Assembly: GCA_951406725.2 (NCBI GenBank)
Contig: OX597828.1
Location: forward strand, 56,730,001 to 56,794,000
Source of the DNA: Octopus vulgaris
Lineage: Eukaryota
Direction: 5' to 3'
Length of the DNA: 64,000 nucleotides
Part shown: positions 40,933 through 55,290 of the stretch, piece by piece
Numbering within the stretch: position 1 is the stretch's first letter
Layout of the letters: each line of letters begins with the position of its first letter
Translations under genes and position numbers: made by a program
The notes under the pieces: generated by a model
Databases searched by the model: none
The model's input: the letters and a program-made list of their open reading frames with translations, nothing else
Told to the model about the DNA's origin: nothing

Positions 40933-41380
40933 CATGTATGGGGTGACAGACCATGAAGTTATGCCCGAACATTAAAGTTGAAATCTCCAATACAAGACAT
41001 ACTCTGTTCTCGAGTAGAAGTCCATGCTTACGAGTGATGCGTTGTGGAAGCGAGAAGATAATTCAGCTGTTATATTTATCTGTCTACCGGCTATTACCTA
41101 CGGAAATAATAAAGGAATGAATTCGAAAGCTATATTTGTAATAGATTTGAGAATGACAGTAAGAAAACAATGAAGATTACTGGTCTTGTCTGTACTTTCT
41201 AATAACAGAGATATTTTGTTCTGCTACAGAAATAATTTACCCAGATATCAAACTGATGTTCACATATACCATTTTTACTATGATATGATTGTTGTTTGAA
41301 CTCTTCTATAAAGATTGATAAGCATTCAAAAGCCCACGAAAGACAAATGCTGACTTCCCACCCCCAAAATATTAACCTGA

Positions 41381-41541
41381 GCAGGAGTGGCTGTGTGGTA
41401 AGTAGCTTGCTTACCAACCACATGGTTCCGGGTTCAGTCCCACTGCGTGGCATCTTGGGCAAGTGTTTTCTGATATAGCCCCGGGCCGACCAAAGCCTTG
41501 TGAGTGGATTTGGTAGACGGAAACTGAAAGAAGCCTGTCGT

Positions 41542-41591
<50 letters not shown>

Positions 41592-41806
41592 ATGTTTGTG
41601 TGTCTGTGTTTGTCCCCCTAGCATTGCTTGACAACCGATGCTGGTGTGTTTATGTCCCCGTTACTTAGCGGTTCGGCAAAAGAGACCGATAGAATAAGTA
41701 CTGGGCTTACAAAAGAATAAGTCCCGGGCTCGAGTTGCTCGATTAAAGGCAGTGCTCCAGCATGTCCGTAGTCAAATGACTGAAACAAGTAAAAGAGTAA
41801 AAGAGT
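41381..41806 (+). mobile_element. Full-length tRNA-derived SINE, family K, with internal microsatellite
   Basis: A box-like TGGCTGTGTGG, B box-like GGTTCAGTCCC, tail (AAAAGAGT)n; many partial copies in the window. Confidence 0.9.
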
Positions 41807-43414
41807 AATATCTTCTCAATCTGTTTGTACTTCTCAGTGCATCTTTGAATATCTTGCTTCGTATAACAGTGATCTACGTTCCATATCGAAGCACATTTTA
41901 AAGAAATATTTTGGAAGCTGCATATCTTTAACAAACATGATGTTTACCCTTCTAGAACAGCGTCGGTTCCTTTGCGCACTGTCTTAAATATACGCATCTT
42001 TTACACTGCAACACTCTGAGAAGGCGCGAACTCAGCGATGTTCGGAAAACAAGATCTATGTTTGGGCTGGCAGCAAAATAATTTGCAAATTGTAAAGTTT
42101 ACAAATAAAATCGATTTTGTTTAATTTTATGGGATAGAAGTATAAAAAACATTAAAATATTAACTATTTTGAAATTCAAAAATTATTACGCAATTCAAAA
42201 TAAAATACAAACAGACATCTTAATAAACACCACAACCGACTATTGAGATGGCCCATAACTAACAGGCTCCAAACAATATCTACTTTTCAATTAACGCCAT
42301 CCGAAACAAAGCGAAAGAGGTATCCACAATCATCTAGGGAATAGGTTCTGCATAATCGTATCCGACAAAAATGTTTGTCATATGATTTCAAAAATTTAAG
42401 AATACACTTTCGATATGTATTATTTACTATCGTTACTGAAACACGGAAAACATCAACCGAAGCAAATTAATATAATAACATTAAGAAAAATCATTATATA
42501 TATAATTAAAAGAAAGTTACTATTTTAGTCCTTATTTGCATCCACACTACTAGCAACAAAGATGAATGCACAATATCATTAAAAAAAAACTTGTAAGTAA
42601 TCACAGTTTACAAAAGCACATCACTTTGAAATGAAGAATTGAGCCGAAATAAACGAAAAATACGATATTTACAAAAGCCAAGCCGTTGATAATAATAAGA
42701 GAAACAATCATAAAATCTGTACAGACAATCCAAAATACATAATTCCTGAAAAAAACATCTTCAAGATGAGGAAGACGCTATATAGGGCAAACGGGTGTAT
42801 TCTTACAACAACAGAGTATAAATGGACAAGAAATTCGGACGTGCGACGATAGGGGTAGCGACCTCAGTGAAAATATATTACGGTAAAAATAAACATCCAC
42901 ATTTCATGATCTTCTCGTTCTCACGATTGCACATCGCAAATGAATTGCATCAATAAAGAAACTGCGTCAAAATCGAAATTCCAACCTCTTCTCAATACTG
43001 ATCAATAGTAAAGTTTTACCACTAATTACATTACTAGTGTTATCATTACAGCTACCAAACTACTGGAATTGCTATGACAACAAGGTCACCATTATTGATG
43101 AGGAGGGGGAATACATTACAATTTTACACGAATGGCTATTATCGTGGTCTTTAGTAATTCTGCAATTAGTGTGACAGCTGCAGCTGCTTAAACTGCAACT
43201 GTTGCTTCTACCAATGTTTATACACTTCGACTGATACAGTAACTCCCATTGCCACGAGTATCACGGCCACTACCATTCCTGCCAGGATTGATGCCATTAT
43301 CACTATGTGAATTTGTCCACCTTTACTAAAGATAGTTTAACCAAAATTTTCAGGTAACAACAATATATCACCATTAAAAATATTATGGTGCCCACTAACA
43401 CGAATAATTGGCTA

Positions 43415-44878
43415 CATTGGTCAACAACAACAAAAATTTGAAATGGTGTCGAAACATCAAACATCTATTTTTAGCTAATTTGAGGGCGCCGATCTAAAAG
43501 TGACCTTACTTTTTCTTGGTTAGCTACCGTTTTTGCTGTACAGAAATGCCTGATGTTTTTTGTTTTTTTTTGGGGGGTGCACATTTTTCTTTCTTTTTCT
43601 TTATATTCGATATTGATCTATGGCAATATTTCTGAAAGTAAAATCGCAGAAACCACTCAATTCGTATTTAAAACAACAAATATTGATCTGCTTATTGAGA
43701 AATACTATTCTCGCAATAACAATCAGACCATAGGTCTTTTAAATAACACGATTGAATATACCAAGACCAAGTATTTTCATCAAACGATTAGATAAAGAAA
43801 CAGCAGAAATAAAAACTTCGTGAACATAAGAATTATGGCAAAATTGTTCTCTTCATTGATTGTCCGTTATGGTCAATGTTAAAGTCCCTTTTGATACTCG
43901 AACAACAGTTAGCCATCATTCGTTTGTTCCACCGCCCCTGGTAGCGCTCTTCCATTGTTTTGACATCCTGATGGAATCGTTTTCCTTGCTCATCACTCAC
44001 ATCGCTGCAATTATCCAGAAATTTATCTAGATGGCTATGTAAAAAATGAACCTTAATACTCATATTAGCACCTATGTCCTGTAGACTTTTCAGCAGGTTT
44101 TCCACTAACTCCTTGTACCTTTCGGCGCGGCAATTACCTAAAATCACTTTTCATCAGGTCAACAAATGATGTCCAAGAGCGAAATTCCAAGTCATTTATT
44201 GAATTAACAAATTCATCATCCTTAATGAGTTTCCTCATATCAGGACCATCAAATCAGATAAAAAACGGGTTTTTTTTCTTGGCACCAAAAATTGTGTTGA
44301 TCAGTGCTATCAGAAGAAACTCAACAATAATTTCAAATGTACCACTATTAAAGTTTAATGTCCTTAATTTTTGCTCTGTATTATCATCTAAATGCCTTTA
44401 CAATTGAAACTGGTAATAACATTTGATACATTCCTTTATTTGTTTCAGTCATTTGACGGTGGCCATGCTGGAGTACCGCCTTTAGTCGATGAAATCGACA
44501 CGAGGACTTGTTCTTTGTAAGCCTAGTACTTATTATATCGGTCTCTTTTGCCGAACCGCTAAGTTACGAGGACGTAAACACACCAACATCGGCTGTCAAG
44601 CGATGATGTGAGGACAAACACACACATACACACAAACCTATACACACACATACATATATATAATATTTTGAAGGACAAGCGGAGCAAGAGCCGAGAACAG
44701 TTAGTTTAACAGACTTTATGAAAATGGAAATTGCAGTCCACTAAGCCTAAACGGTGTGATTTTGCTTAATTAATCACATTGAAATTAGACAAAACAGATG
44801 CATCATTATTTTCAACAAAAAAAAATTCCATAAAATTTGAAATGAAACTAAACACAAAATCTTCCATTGGCACCTGTG
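43415..44878 (-). mobile_element. Chapaev3-like (CMC) DNA transposon remnant
   Basis: ORF 43833-44147 (MSIKVHFLHSHLD..SDEQGKRFHQD..RYQGRW) and upstream FDGPDMRKLIKD; termini approximate. Confidence 0.75.
44433..44660 (-). mobile_element. SINE family K 3' part nested in the DNA transposon
   Basis: Reverse complement of 41590-41795. Confidence 0.85.
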
Positions 44879-46469
44879 TATAAACACAAAAGTGAAAATA
44901 CAATATCTGCTAGATTTTTTTGGAGAGATTAATTACAGGAAATATGGCATGTAACCATCACCTTCAACGATACTCAAAGCGCTGAATTTGAAGAGGAAAC
45001 ACCAGGACTCGCCATCAATAAAGAAATACAAGAATCACTCTATCACAGAAAAATAATATGCTAACCGATAGTTTGGCGGCAAAAATGCCTTATACTGGAA
45101 CATTCCCGGGTAAAAGGGGTCTAGAGTCACCAGTGTGGACTGCAATGTAATGCTGGCCAAAAAGCCGAAACCAGCAATTCGCAACAAAAGCGCAAGTCAA
45201 GGAATGATTTCAATTATGAATTAGGAGCAGTGCTAGTATTGTAAAAATTATCAACCACACACACTAAATGTCTGTCTTGCTCATTCACCGATTCGCTGCG
45301 CTGTGTAGCAGGAGGAATAACTCCCTGAAAGCACAAGGTGTTAAAACCCTTGGAGATCATAGACAGGCGAGAATATTCGCCGTATGTCCTTAATCCTACG
45401 TATGCATCGTCGAGCATGCCAACAAATAATATTTACATTATTTCTGTATAGTCACAGACTGGCGATTCAGTTAACTCCCGGTTCGATTCAGGTACATGAT
45501 GTTCATAAACCACTAAAATACTGAAATATCGGTATCCATCAAAACTGAAAGTGATTATCATATACCTAAATAAAATATAAAGATATAAAATAATTGCAGC
45601 GTGGAAGGTGTTTCTTATACACACCTTCCACGCTGGAATTATTTTCGTTCCAGCACCCGATCTCAGATCAAGTCACTCGCTATGCAAGTACATCTCCATA
45701 ATATAAAATAATAAAATATATAATATATATAAAGAGATCGTAGACAATGACAGAGGGATTGGGGACAACTATAATGAGAATACGCAAGCAGAAGGTTGAT
45801 GACATAATGTACCATAACGCTTAAATATTTAAATATTCTAATATTATTTAAATGATATGAGTACACTGCACTACTTTAGAGAGTACTAAGCAGTTAAAGA
45901 TAAATAGTGGTATTCGAAGCCTATTAGATAACTGTGTAAATGTATGCAGGTGTGTTTCCAAATATATTACAACCATACCGCTCTAATTTTGATTTGGTTA
46001 GGAGATTACATGAATATTTAAGTACGTACCACAAGTGAACGCAGCATATAGTATACCCATACGGAATATTTGAATTGGTAATTCATATTTATTATGCTCC
46101 ACGGAATTTGGAATATTCTTTTGGCCTTTCAATTCCCAGTTGCTCTCGAGTGGTGTAACCGTAGAGACATTATGATTATCGTTATCGAACTCATAAGAAC
46201 GGTTATTTAGCATTTTCTTTAATTTACAAAACGTGGAGCCGATGTTGTAGACTGGATACTATGTATATATATGAATCTGCGCATACGTGCGCGTGTGTGT
46301 GTAAGGGGTTGGTGGTGACTATATGCTGTTTTTGATTATCAATATCTCGAAAGTTGAATTTTCCTTAAATCTTACATTATTCTATATTCTCGTAGGTCTA
46401 TTTACTGAGCGCTAACTTACATTTCTGTATAGGAAATTCATTTCCTTCTATATATATACATACATAAAT

Positions 46470-47100
46470 ATAAGCTAGCTTCAAAATCACATGGTTTCGC
46501 TTTCAGTCCTAGTGCGTGGCACATTGGGCGAGTATCGTCTACTGCAGACTCGACCCGAACAAAATCTTGTGAGTGGATTTGCTAAACATAAACTGAAATA
46601 ACGCCGTGATATATATACTCTTCTATTTGTGTCAGGCGTTTGACTGCGGTCATGATGCAGCACCACCTTAAAGGGTTTTAGTCGAAAAATCGACCCCTGG
46701 AATTATTCAGTGGAGGCCTAGTACTTATTGAGCCACTCACTTTTGCCGAACATTTAAGGTACGAGAACATAAACAGACCAGTACCGGTTGTCAAGCGGTG
46801 ACGGGGGAACAAACACAGACACATACACATAAATATATACATACAAATATGTAAATATATATATATATATATATGTATGTATATATGTATATATATATGT
46901 ATATATATGTATGTATATATATATATGTATGTATATATATAGATATATATATATGTGTGTGTGTGTATATATATATGATACATGCGACGGGCAGCTTTCA
47001 GTTTTCGCCCACCAAATCCACTCACAAAAATTTGGTCAGCCTACTCTATAGAAGAAGACACTTACCCAAGTTGCCATACAGTGGAACTGAACGTGGAATT
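46470..47100. mobile_element. SINE-K head (+, 46470-46608) facing a SINE-K copy (-, 46615-47100)
   Basis: GTGAGTGGATTTG at 46569 and CAAATCCACTCAC at 47013. Confidence 0.8.
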
Positions 47101-47179
47101 GTAACCGTCTCGTCGGAAAGCCTAGAAGTCGAGCCTCGTTCTGGAAGATCCTGCCATCCTTTGTGATACAAAATCCCAT

Positions 47180-48095
47180 CGTAACCGTTGAGGAACTAGC
47201 AGTTGATAACTCAGTATGTCAAACATAGCACCAGGCTTGCCATCTCAGAGGCCTTCTGGAAGATGATGCACACTAGGATGCCACGCTGACAGAGGCACAA
47301 ATGTGCAAGTCTGCCATGCAGCTGAGAAACCTGTTCTTCATCATGGCAACATGATGGTTGAGAATGTCTTCATTCCAAGGATACATCTCATCTCAAATGA
47401 TCTCCTCTTTCAGTTCAAGAGACTGCAGTTTCCTGTCAAACCTAGCCTTGCAATGTCTCTCGACAAAGCACAAGACCAATCTCTAAAGGCAGTGGGACTT
47501 AACCTACTTCAACCTTGCTTCTCACATGTCACCTGTATGATGGATGTTCTAGAGTTGGAAATGAAAAACGAATATCTATATTCTCAGTGATAAACACGGC
47601 AAGACAGAAAACACAGCGTATGAAGAAGCGCTTACATGAATAGTAGGTCCGTGTCATGTACAGAAGTGTAAAACCATTGAGTGTTAAAGTATTACTCTTA
47701 CACTTTCACCGTGAATATATATCTGTGTGTATATCAGAGAAACAATAATGTGATATATTCGTTGTCTGCTTCTGTGAGTTGTATGCGCGCGCGCGTGTGT
47801 GTGTGTGTGCGTGTGTGTGTACTCTACGCGCAGCCTTTTATTGTTATTAATCTCTGCCTGTTTTTCGGTTACTAAATAAGTTAGACAAACGTGTATTTAC
47901 TTTATAAAGATAAATGAGTTGAAACCTTTCTCTTCATATTTCACTTGACGTCTATGTTCCATGTTGGCATGGGTTGAAGAGTTACGAAGAAAGATGGTAT
48001 TTTAGCTACTAGCAGTTGTGACATGCGTAATATAGACGGCGCTTTTAAATTTCATTACTTTCATTAACGCGGGCAACGCCGGGCAATTCTGCTAG
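47180..48095 (+). mobile_element. Internally deleted Helitron with RepHel (PIF1-like helicase) remnants and 3' terminus
   Basis: ACHLRGLLEDDAH*DATLTEA; ORF 47303-47590 (IPRI..FQFKRLQFPV..AMSLDKAQDQSL..PCFSH); end CGGGCAACGCCGGGC..CTAG|T. Confidence 0.85.
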
Positions 48096-48101
48096 TACGT
48101 T

Positions 48102-48199
<98 letters not shown>

Positions 48200-48434
48200 T
48201 GTGTGTGTGTGTATAGATGTAAATATATACATACATATGTATTTAAAAAAGTATAATTGCATCATGCATAAGCGTACTGGAATTTCACTCTTATGGGACC
48301 AGGTGTGTACACTGAAATTTGTGCACATATCAGAATTTATTTCAGTTGTACTGCATAAGCAAAATATTCTGCGTTGATATTAGCATATTGATTTCGTTTG
48401 CATATGCAGTATTTAAACACACACACGAACACCT

Positions 48435-48598
48435 GCGCAGGTATGGCTGTGGGAAAAGAAGATGGTTTCACAACCGCATGGATCCGGGCGTAGTATCACT
48501 GCATTACGCCTTGAGCAAGTGTCTTCTACTATCGGGTTGAGCCTACCAAAGCCTTGTGGGTTGATACGGTACACAGAAACTGATAGAAGCATGTCGTT
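48435..48598 (+). mobile_element. SINE family K head
   Basis: Similar to 41381-41540. Confidence 0.75.
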
Positions 48599-48641
48599 TA
48601 TATGTGTGTGTGGTATTTATGTGTTTATGTTTATATATAAG

Positions 48642-48688
<47 letters not shown>

Positions 48689-48747
48689 GGGTATACATAT
48701 ATATATATATATATGTAAAGATATATATGTGCATGTATATATATATG

Positions 48748-48788
<41 letters not shown>

Positions 48789-49100
48789 ATGAGTGTGTGT
48801 GTGTGTGTATACAGGACGTCACCAAGGGTGCAAATAACATACACATGAGAGATAAATACAAGACGTGGAGAGTAATAGGACAAAATGAGCGAAATACATG
48901 AGCAACGAGAAAAACTGGAAAACAGAAAAAGGACCCTTCATCAGTTGTCGGCTGTATATCTACTCCTCATTTCGAACTTTAAAACGACAATGTCAGTCTG
49001 GAAAGGCATTAGCTCCCATAGACAATATATATATATATGTATATATATGATATGTATATAAAGATATATGCATATATATACATATATATGTATATATATA

Positions 49101-49155
<55 letters not shown>

Positions 49156-49793
49156 GGGCGTAGCGCAAGTATTGTTAGGAAAATCCTCTTATGAGACGTT
49201 CTAAACGCTAGTATCAATCTTTTATATATACGTGTATATATAACATTTTAGGAAAATAAAAATAAGAATATGCTTCAACACAAGAACTCATATAAAGAAT
49301 TTTGCAAACCAAATCCAAAAACGAAATGTATCTATCATATTATATTATTATTTATTTATTTTATTGAACGCAGTTCATCCATTCCCAAGTAAGTGCTCCG
49401 CCCATTTTTTGTGCGATTCTCGAATCTGTATTGTTTTCTTATTATCATATTTGCTTCCTTCTTCCTCCATTCTTCTCTAATTTTTATCCCCCCTCCCTTC
49501 TTCACCGTTTCGTAGCCGTCTCTCTCTCCCCTCCTCCACTTTCTCTCTGTCTTGCGTTGCCCACACGTGACTATCGTCCATCCTTCTTTTGCTCATATCA
49601 CTATATTTATTTTTGTATTATTTATATATATCTATATGTATATATATGTGTGTATGTGCGTGCGTGTGAGTGTGTGTATGTGCGTGCGTGTGTGTGTGTG
49701 TCTGTGTGTAGTTTTTAATGTATACAAACAATACGGAAAAAATAGTTACCAGGGTAGCAAAAATTCCAGACTTTAGTGAAATATTTTTGATTA

Positions 49794-50670
49794 ACAGAGA
49801 TACATGAAGAAATATATTTAAACGCAGGTGTTTTTCTGATATTTATACTTCCGAAATATGGTTCGAAGAAAACCATGGTATTATTCCTGAAGAAATACAA
49901 TGATGTAAAACAATTTACTAATCTCATCAGGGAAAAAAGAGAAACAAAACACATCAGTATGCAATTTTAACCGAATGTGATTACCGCGTATATGATGGAG
50001 TGAAAGCTGGCAGGTTATCTTCTTTTTAAAAACCGTTAATAGATTTAACGTCAAACGCAATTTGGAGAAAGAGGAGGAGGAGAAAGAAAGAATTAACAGG
50101 AAATCAAGTGTACAGAAATATAGTTCGATAGATTAGTGGAAATAAAGCTTAAATTTGTGTAAATAGATATATGTAGTGGAAATGTAATGTAAGAAGACAG
50201 AGAAAATTTGAATCTTATATATTGGTAGAAATTACTTATAAGAACTAAAAGTATGTATTTTTGTCAATGTTTGCAACGATAAACGCGTTCTTTAAATGTG
50301 TTTACATGAGAATTCTCCGAGAACAGAAGCTTTATTTACACTCATGCATCACACTATATTTCTCCGTTCTTAATTTTCTGTTAATTTCTTTCTTTCTGCG
50401 CCTTCACTTTCTCTAAATTGCCTTTGACGGTAAATCTATTAATTTTTTTTAATAACTTGCCAGCGTTCAGTTCATTATATACACGGTAATCACATTCGGT
50501 TAAAATGTCTTATTGATGTGTTTTGTTTCGCTTTTTTCCCTGATGAGATGACTACATTCTTTCATATCATTTTATTCCTTCAGGAATAATATGTTTTCTT
50601 CGAAGCATATGTCGGAAGTATAAAGATTTAAATGTCACCTGCGCGTAACTCCATATCTTAATTTCTCTGT
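49794..50670. mobile_element. PLE-type element with ~320-bp inverted arms, each carrying an HHR-like motif
   Basis: Arms 49794-50125/50353-50670; TTCC CTGATGA G...C GAAGC ATAT GTC GGAA at 50535-50618. Confidence 0.8.
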
Positions 50671-52355
50671 ATACGTATGTAAATAATTTATATGCGTAAA
50701 CAGAGAGAGAAAATGTACTAGAAATATTTTACCCTATTTTAAAACACTTCCTAAAGAATATCTGTTCAGGTAATATTTACAGTTTACTTAAAATTTGCAT
50801 ATGCCATGTGTTCATGCTTCTATTATTTCGTTCGTCTGTAACAGGTTTGTAAACAAACATGGAATCGAAACTAAGCGTAACCAGACTACCGCTTTGAAAA
50901 CAGCTGGAGTTGTTCGACTCATACATTAAAAGAGAAGATTAATTAGTGCTATAATTCATAACCACATATAACTAAATTTGTTTCAACCTCACTTTTCAGA
51001 ACAAAATATTTTGAAAGCTAATATGAAATCAACGATTGATTAAATTTCTTCAAACCACACCTAGTAATGTGATATGAAAGAGCTTTGAAAACGATTTAGC
51101 TATCCTGATTACTGACATACGATTAGAGAATTATACAAACCATTTAAGTCTGTGTGTATTCATGATTATGTATGGAAATATGAATGTATACATTCGCACA
51201 TATTACACGTGCGCGCACACTCACATATCCTATTCAAAGCCCGCTGTATTAAAATAAGAATTAATAGTAGTTTCTCCCTATTGAGTCATGTGATTAAGCA
51301 GATTTTTATAGCACTCGTTGTGTCTCCAAGCTATCTGCTCTGGGCAATGTTTTGTTCTGTTTAAAAAACAGGCCACCGGCATATGATATGAGAAACGAAG
51401 AAAAATCGACAAGTTTGGTGCAAAAAGTGGAATGAGAAGACAAAACGTCAATAAAAACTGAAAAAAGAATTTAAAACTACGCCCCTTTTGACCATACAAA
51501 TCATAACTAACGTAGCTGGTATAAAATAATTCAGCGGAGGACTTTCCAGATTCTGAGAGACAGCCGCTCAGTCCGGAGAGGGCTCTATCTTCCAGTTAAG
51601 CAAAAGAAATTCCACCATATGCTTACATTTCTTGAAAGTTTCGGATGAGGATTTATTTAAGCAGTGTTGTGGATTTCTTGGATATAAAAGGTACTGGTGA
51701 TCATTCAAGTATACTTAAGCTGCATCTCTTAGATGCATGAGATATGGAATCCATTGAAATATGCCCAGATTTCTTCACCGTTCTTCATTTGCTTATTTGT
51801 ATTATGAAGTGAATGTCAGTATGTGACTACCCAACTAAGGGGATTAACTATTGTCTATATGCCGGAAAATATACTAATGGTTTGCATAATAATTTTAAAA
51901 TTCCTTTCATCCAGACTAAAACTGCGCTTCTACCTGTGTGGGCCTTCATATTGCAGAATCTACAAAGAGACACATTTTATTTTTCACTGTCCTCATTCTG
52001 AAGAGTGATATTTACGCTTGGAAAATGGAAAGGTTTTTCAAGTTTCACTTTTGCATTGTAACAATATTTCCTCTTTTCCCGTTTCATTATTTTTCTACAC
52101 ACAGATAGACACACATACACACATATACTCACAGCTATCCATATAAATATAGTTTGATACGTATGTGTATTTTCAGTGAGACATCCGTTAATGGTGTATC
52201 GCCTGAAGAAATGAATGCGTGAACATGATCTTTCCGATGACTATGGATACTACGAACTGCACTGTAATTGTCTCAGGAATACGGGCTATGATCGTAACAA
52301 TGCATTAAAAGAGTTATAAGTTCGATCCAAGCATTATTATTGCCATTGCAGTATA

Positions 52356-52434
<79 letters not shown>

Positions 52435-52799
52435 ATATTAGGGAATTAATCCAAAATTACAGATTTAGGGTTAAATCCAATTTTATAGTAAAATATTATA
52501 TAATATAATTCGAGACAAAACCACTATTTTAAAACCAAACAAGGAAAGACTTAATCAATACATAAAATTTTAATATAAATTAAATATATATATATATACA
52601 CAAACATACATACATTCATTCATACATACATACATACATACATACATACATACATACATACATACATACATCTTATATATAAATAGCAATTTCTGCCTGA
52701 GTATTTGACTGTGTGTTTGTGTGTCTGACAGTTCCTATTTTGCTGCCAAAACCAACTGGATTTCAATAACCGACTACAGCGTTTGGGTTATTATATGAC

Positions 52800-53080
52800 T
52801 TTCAGAAATATTTTTTCACGCGAAGAGCAGCTGAAGTATGGAACCAACTGCCGGCATCAGTTGTTAATTGTCGGAGGACTGCATCCTTCAAAATTTCCAT
52901 GCTTCTTGAGATTCGCCAACACTACACCTGATTTTCTCCCCTCCATACACACGCAAGCATTTATCTAATTCATAGACTGTTAACTTTCCAGACAATTATA
53001 CATTGCTGCATATGCTTTATACGCACTTTTGACAAGTTGTAGTGCACCTGAGCACTGTATACAATAATTCCATTATATTA
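52800..53080 (+). mobile_element. CR1/L2-type LINE 3' end
   Basis: RRAAEVWNQLPASVVNCRRTASFK...HYT* resembles the CR1/L2 C-terminal WN.LP..VV...FK motif. Confidence 0.65.
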
Positions 53081-53625
53081 TATCATATAGAAAAAATATG
53101 TCGAACATTCATAGACAAACATGTCGTAAGTAATTATTTAGATACAGCTTGAAATATCTGTTAAAATATTTCGAAATAAATACTAGTAACACAGTCAAAC
53201 AGGGAATGACTTACGTGATAAGCTTATATACAATCTGATATAGATTAATTTATTATACAAGAATGTTATTTTTTAATGTATGTCGAAATAGTTGTTCTCA
53301 TTATAGCTGTGAGCATTTACATAGAGGAAACAGAAATGAAATATGTGTGCATATATATATATATATGTAAGTATGTATGTATGTATGTATATATGTATAT
53401 GTATACAGCCTCATAGAATATATGTGGATACTATAATGAGGTGATACTTTTCATTGTACACGAAAAATTTAAGTATCACATATCTAATGGACATATATGT
53501 TAGATATGAATCGTATGATTAACGTTCTACGTGTGCAATAATAAACATAGGAAATATTTGCGGATAGTGCACATATTCACGACTATTCATGTTTTTATTT
53601 GTATGTATATATATATATATATATA

Positions 53626-54134
53626 GGCGCAGGAGTGGCTATGTGGTAAGTAGCTTGCATACCAACCACACTGTTGCAGCTTCAATCCCACTGTGTGACA
53701 CCTTCAGTAAATGAATTCTGCCATAGCCTCGGGCCGATCGACACCGTGTGAGTGGATCTGGTAGACAGAAAATGAAAGAAGCCTGTCGTATATATATATA
53801 CATATATACTCTGAGACCCCCTTCGGTCACGACAAAGACCATGGGATTGCACCTAGAATGTTACCCTCCTATGCACAGTCCTATGCACAAGTCCGGGCAA
53901 GATTGTTTATGGATCACCAGCAGTCGCCCATGCATATTAGCCTCCCCTCTTCACGCCACCAGTGTTATCCAAGGGAAAGGCAACGTCGCAACTCTGCAGC
54001 TGAGTGAACTGGAGCAACGTGAAATAAAGTGAAATAAACACAACACGCAGCCCGGTCCGTGATTCGAGCTCACAACCTCACGATCGTAAGCTCGACGCTC
54101 TAACCACTGAGCTATGCGCCTTCACACACACATC

Positions 54135-54167
<33 letters not shown>

Positions 54168-54357
54168 TTGTCCTCCCACCATCGTTTCACAAGCAATATT
54201 GGTGTATTTATGTCCCTGTAACTTTACGATTCAGTAAAAGACACCGCTGGAATAAGTACTAGTCTTACAAAGAATAAGACCTCGGATCGATTTGTTCGAC
54301 TACTGGAGGTACCACAGCATGGCCGCAATCGAATGACTGAAAGAAATAAAAGAATAA
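53626..54357 (+). mobile_element. SINE family K with a nested SINE in its internal microsatellite
   Basis: Head 53626-53789, tail 54160-54357. Confidence 0.85.
53810..54125 (-). mobile_element. Fourth tRNA-derived SINE family
   Basis: Minus head GGCGCATAGCTCAGTGGTTAGAGCG...GAGCTCGAATCAC; a related 3' fragment lies at ~19900-19990. Confidence 0.8.
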
Positions 54358-54366
54358 ACTGAAATA

Positions 54367-54403
<37 letters not shown>

Positions 54404-54434
54404 AACACACGCACACACATACACACATATATAT

Positions 54435-54481
<47 letters not shown>

Positions 54482-54621
54482 GCAAGATTTTTTTGATGTG
54501 AAGTCGTGTGTTGAAACAGGCTGAAGCAAAGTAACACCAAATATATAGTGCTTGTGTTTTTATTGGCTAAACTGGCAAAATGACCATTCCGAAATACAAT
54601 ACATATATATATATATATATA

Positions 54622-55290
54622 CAGGTGTTGGGCAAAATAACGGAAACAGCTTAAAATTTTAAACACATTAATTTTTAAATGGGTCAGGACCGCCTTTGGC
54701 AGTAAGTATAGCTTGAATTCTGCTATGTATGGACACGTACAAAGTTTGAATTGTTTCCAAACGAATTTTCGCCCATTTTTTCATCTAACACAGTGAACAC
54801 TTCTTGTAGTGATGATGGTGGAGGATATCGACGCGTTACTTGCTTTTCTAAAATGCACCATAAATGTTCAATAGTATTGAGATCAGGGCATTGTGATAGT
54901 CAGATAAGATGTTCAAGGTCATTAAAATGTTCCCCGCGCCATTTAGTAATGTGTGAATTGATGCATTATCAGTCTGAAAGATTGCGTTTTTCCCCGGAAA
55001 CAGTTCCGCAAACCTACGATAATTTGATTTGTTAAAACACTTAAATAATCTTCACTATTAATTCTGCCATGGAGGGAAACCACTGAAGTGGCGGATTTCC
55101 AAGATACATCCCCCCACATCTCCACAGATCCCCCTACATGTTTAAGAGTTGGAAGAAGTCATTCTGGGTCAAATACTCTTTTTGGCTGTCTCCAGACTCA
55201 TATTCGACCGGTGGTCGGAAACAAAGTAAAGGATGACTTGTCAGAGAAAACATTCTTCCACCGCTCTAGGGACCAATTCAGTAGATTTAG
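54622..55290 (-). mobile_element. Tc1 (DD34E-type) transposon remnant with one TIR
   Basis: TA|CAGGTGTTGGGCAAAATAACGGAAACA end; KHVGGSVEMWG, DNASIH, CPDLNTIEHLW, AKGG motifs. Confidence 0.85.

Noticed and set aside
48925-48955. Minus-strand CTGATGA in a PLE-like repeat
   Set aside because: No matching stem II plus GAAA half found
52671-52760. Helitron 5' end (A|TCTTATATATAAA)
   Set aside because: No 3' CTRR or hairpin partner located and it sits beside microsatellites
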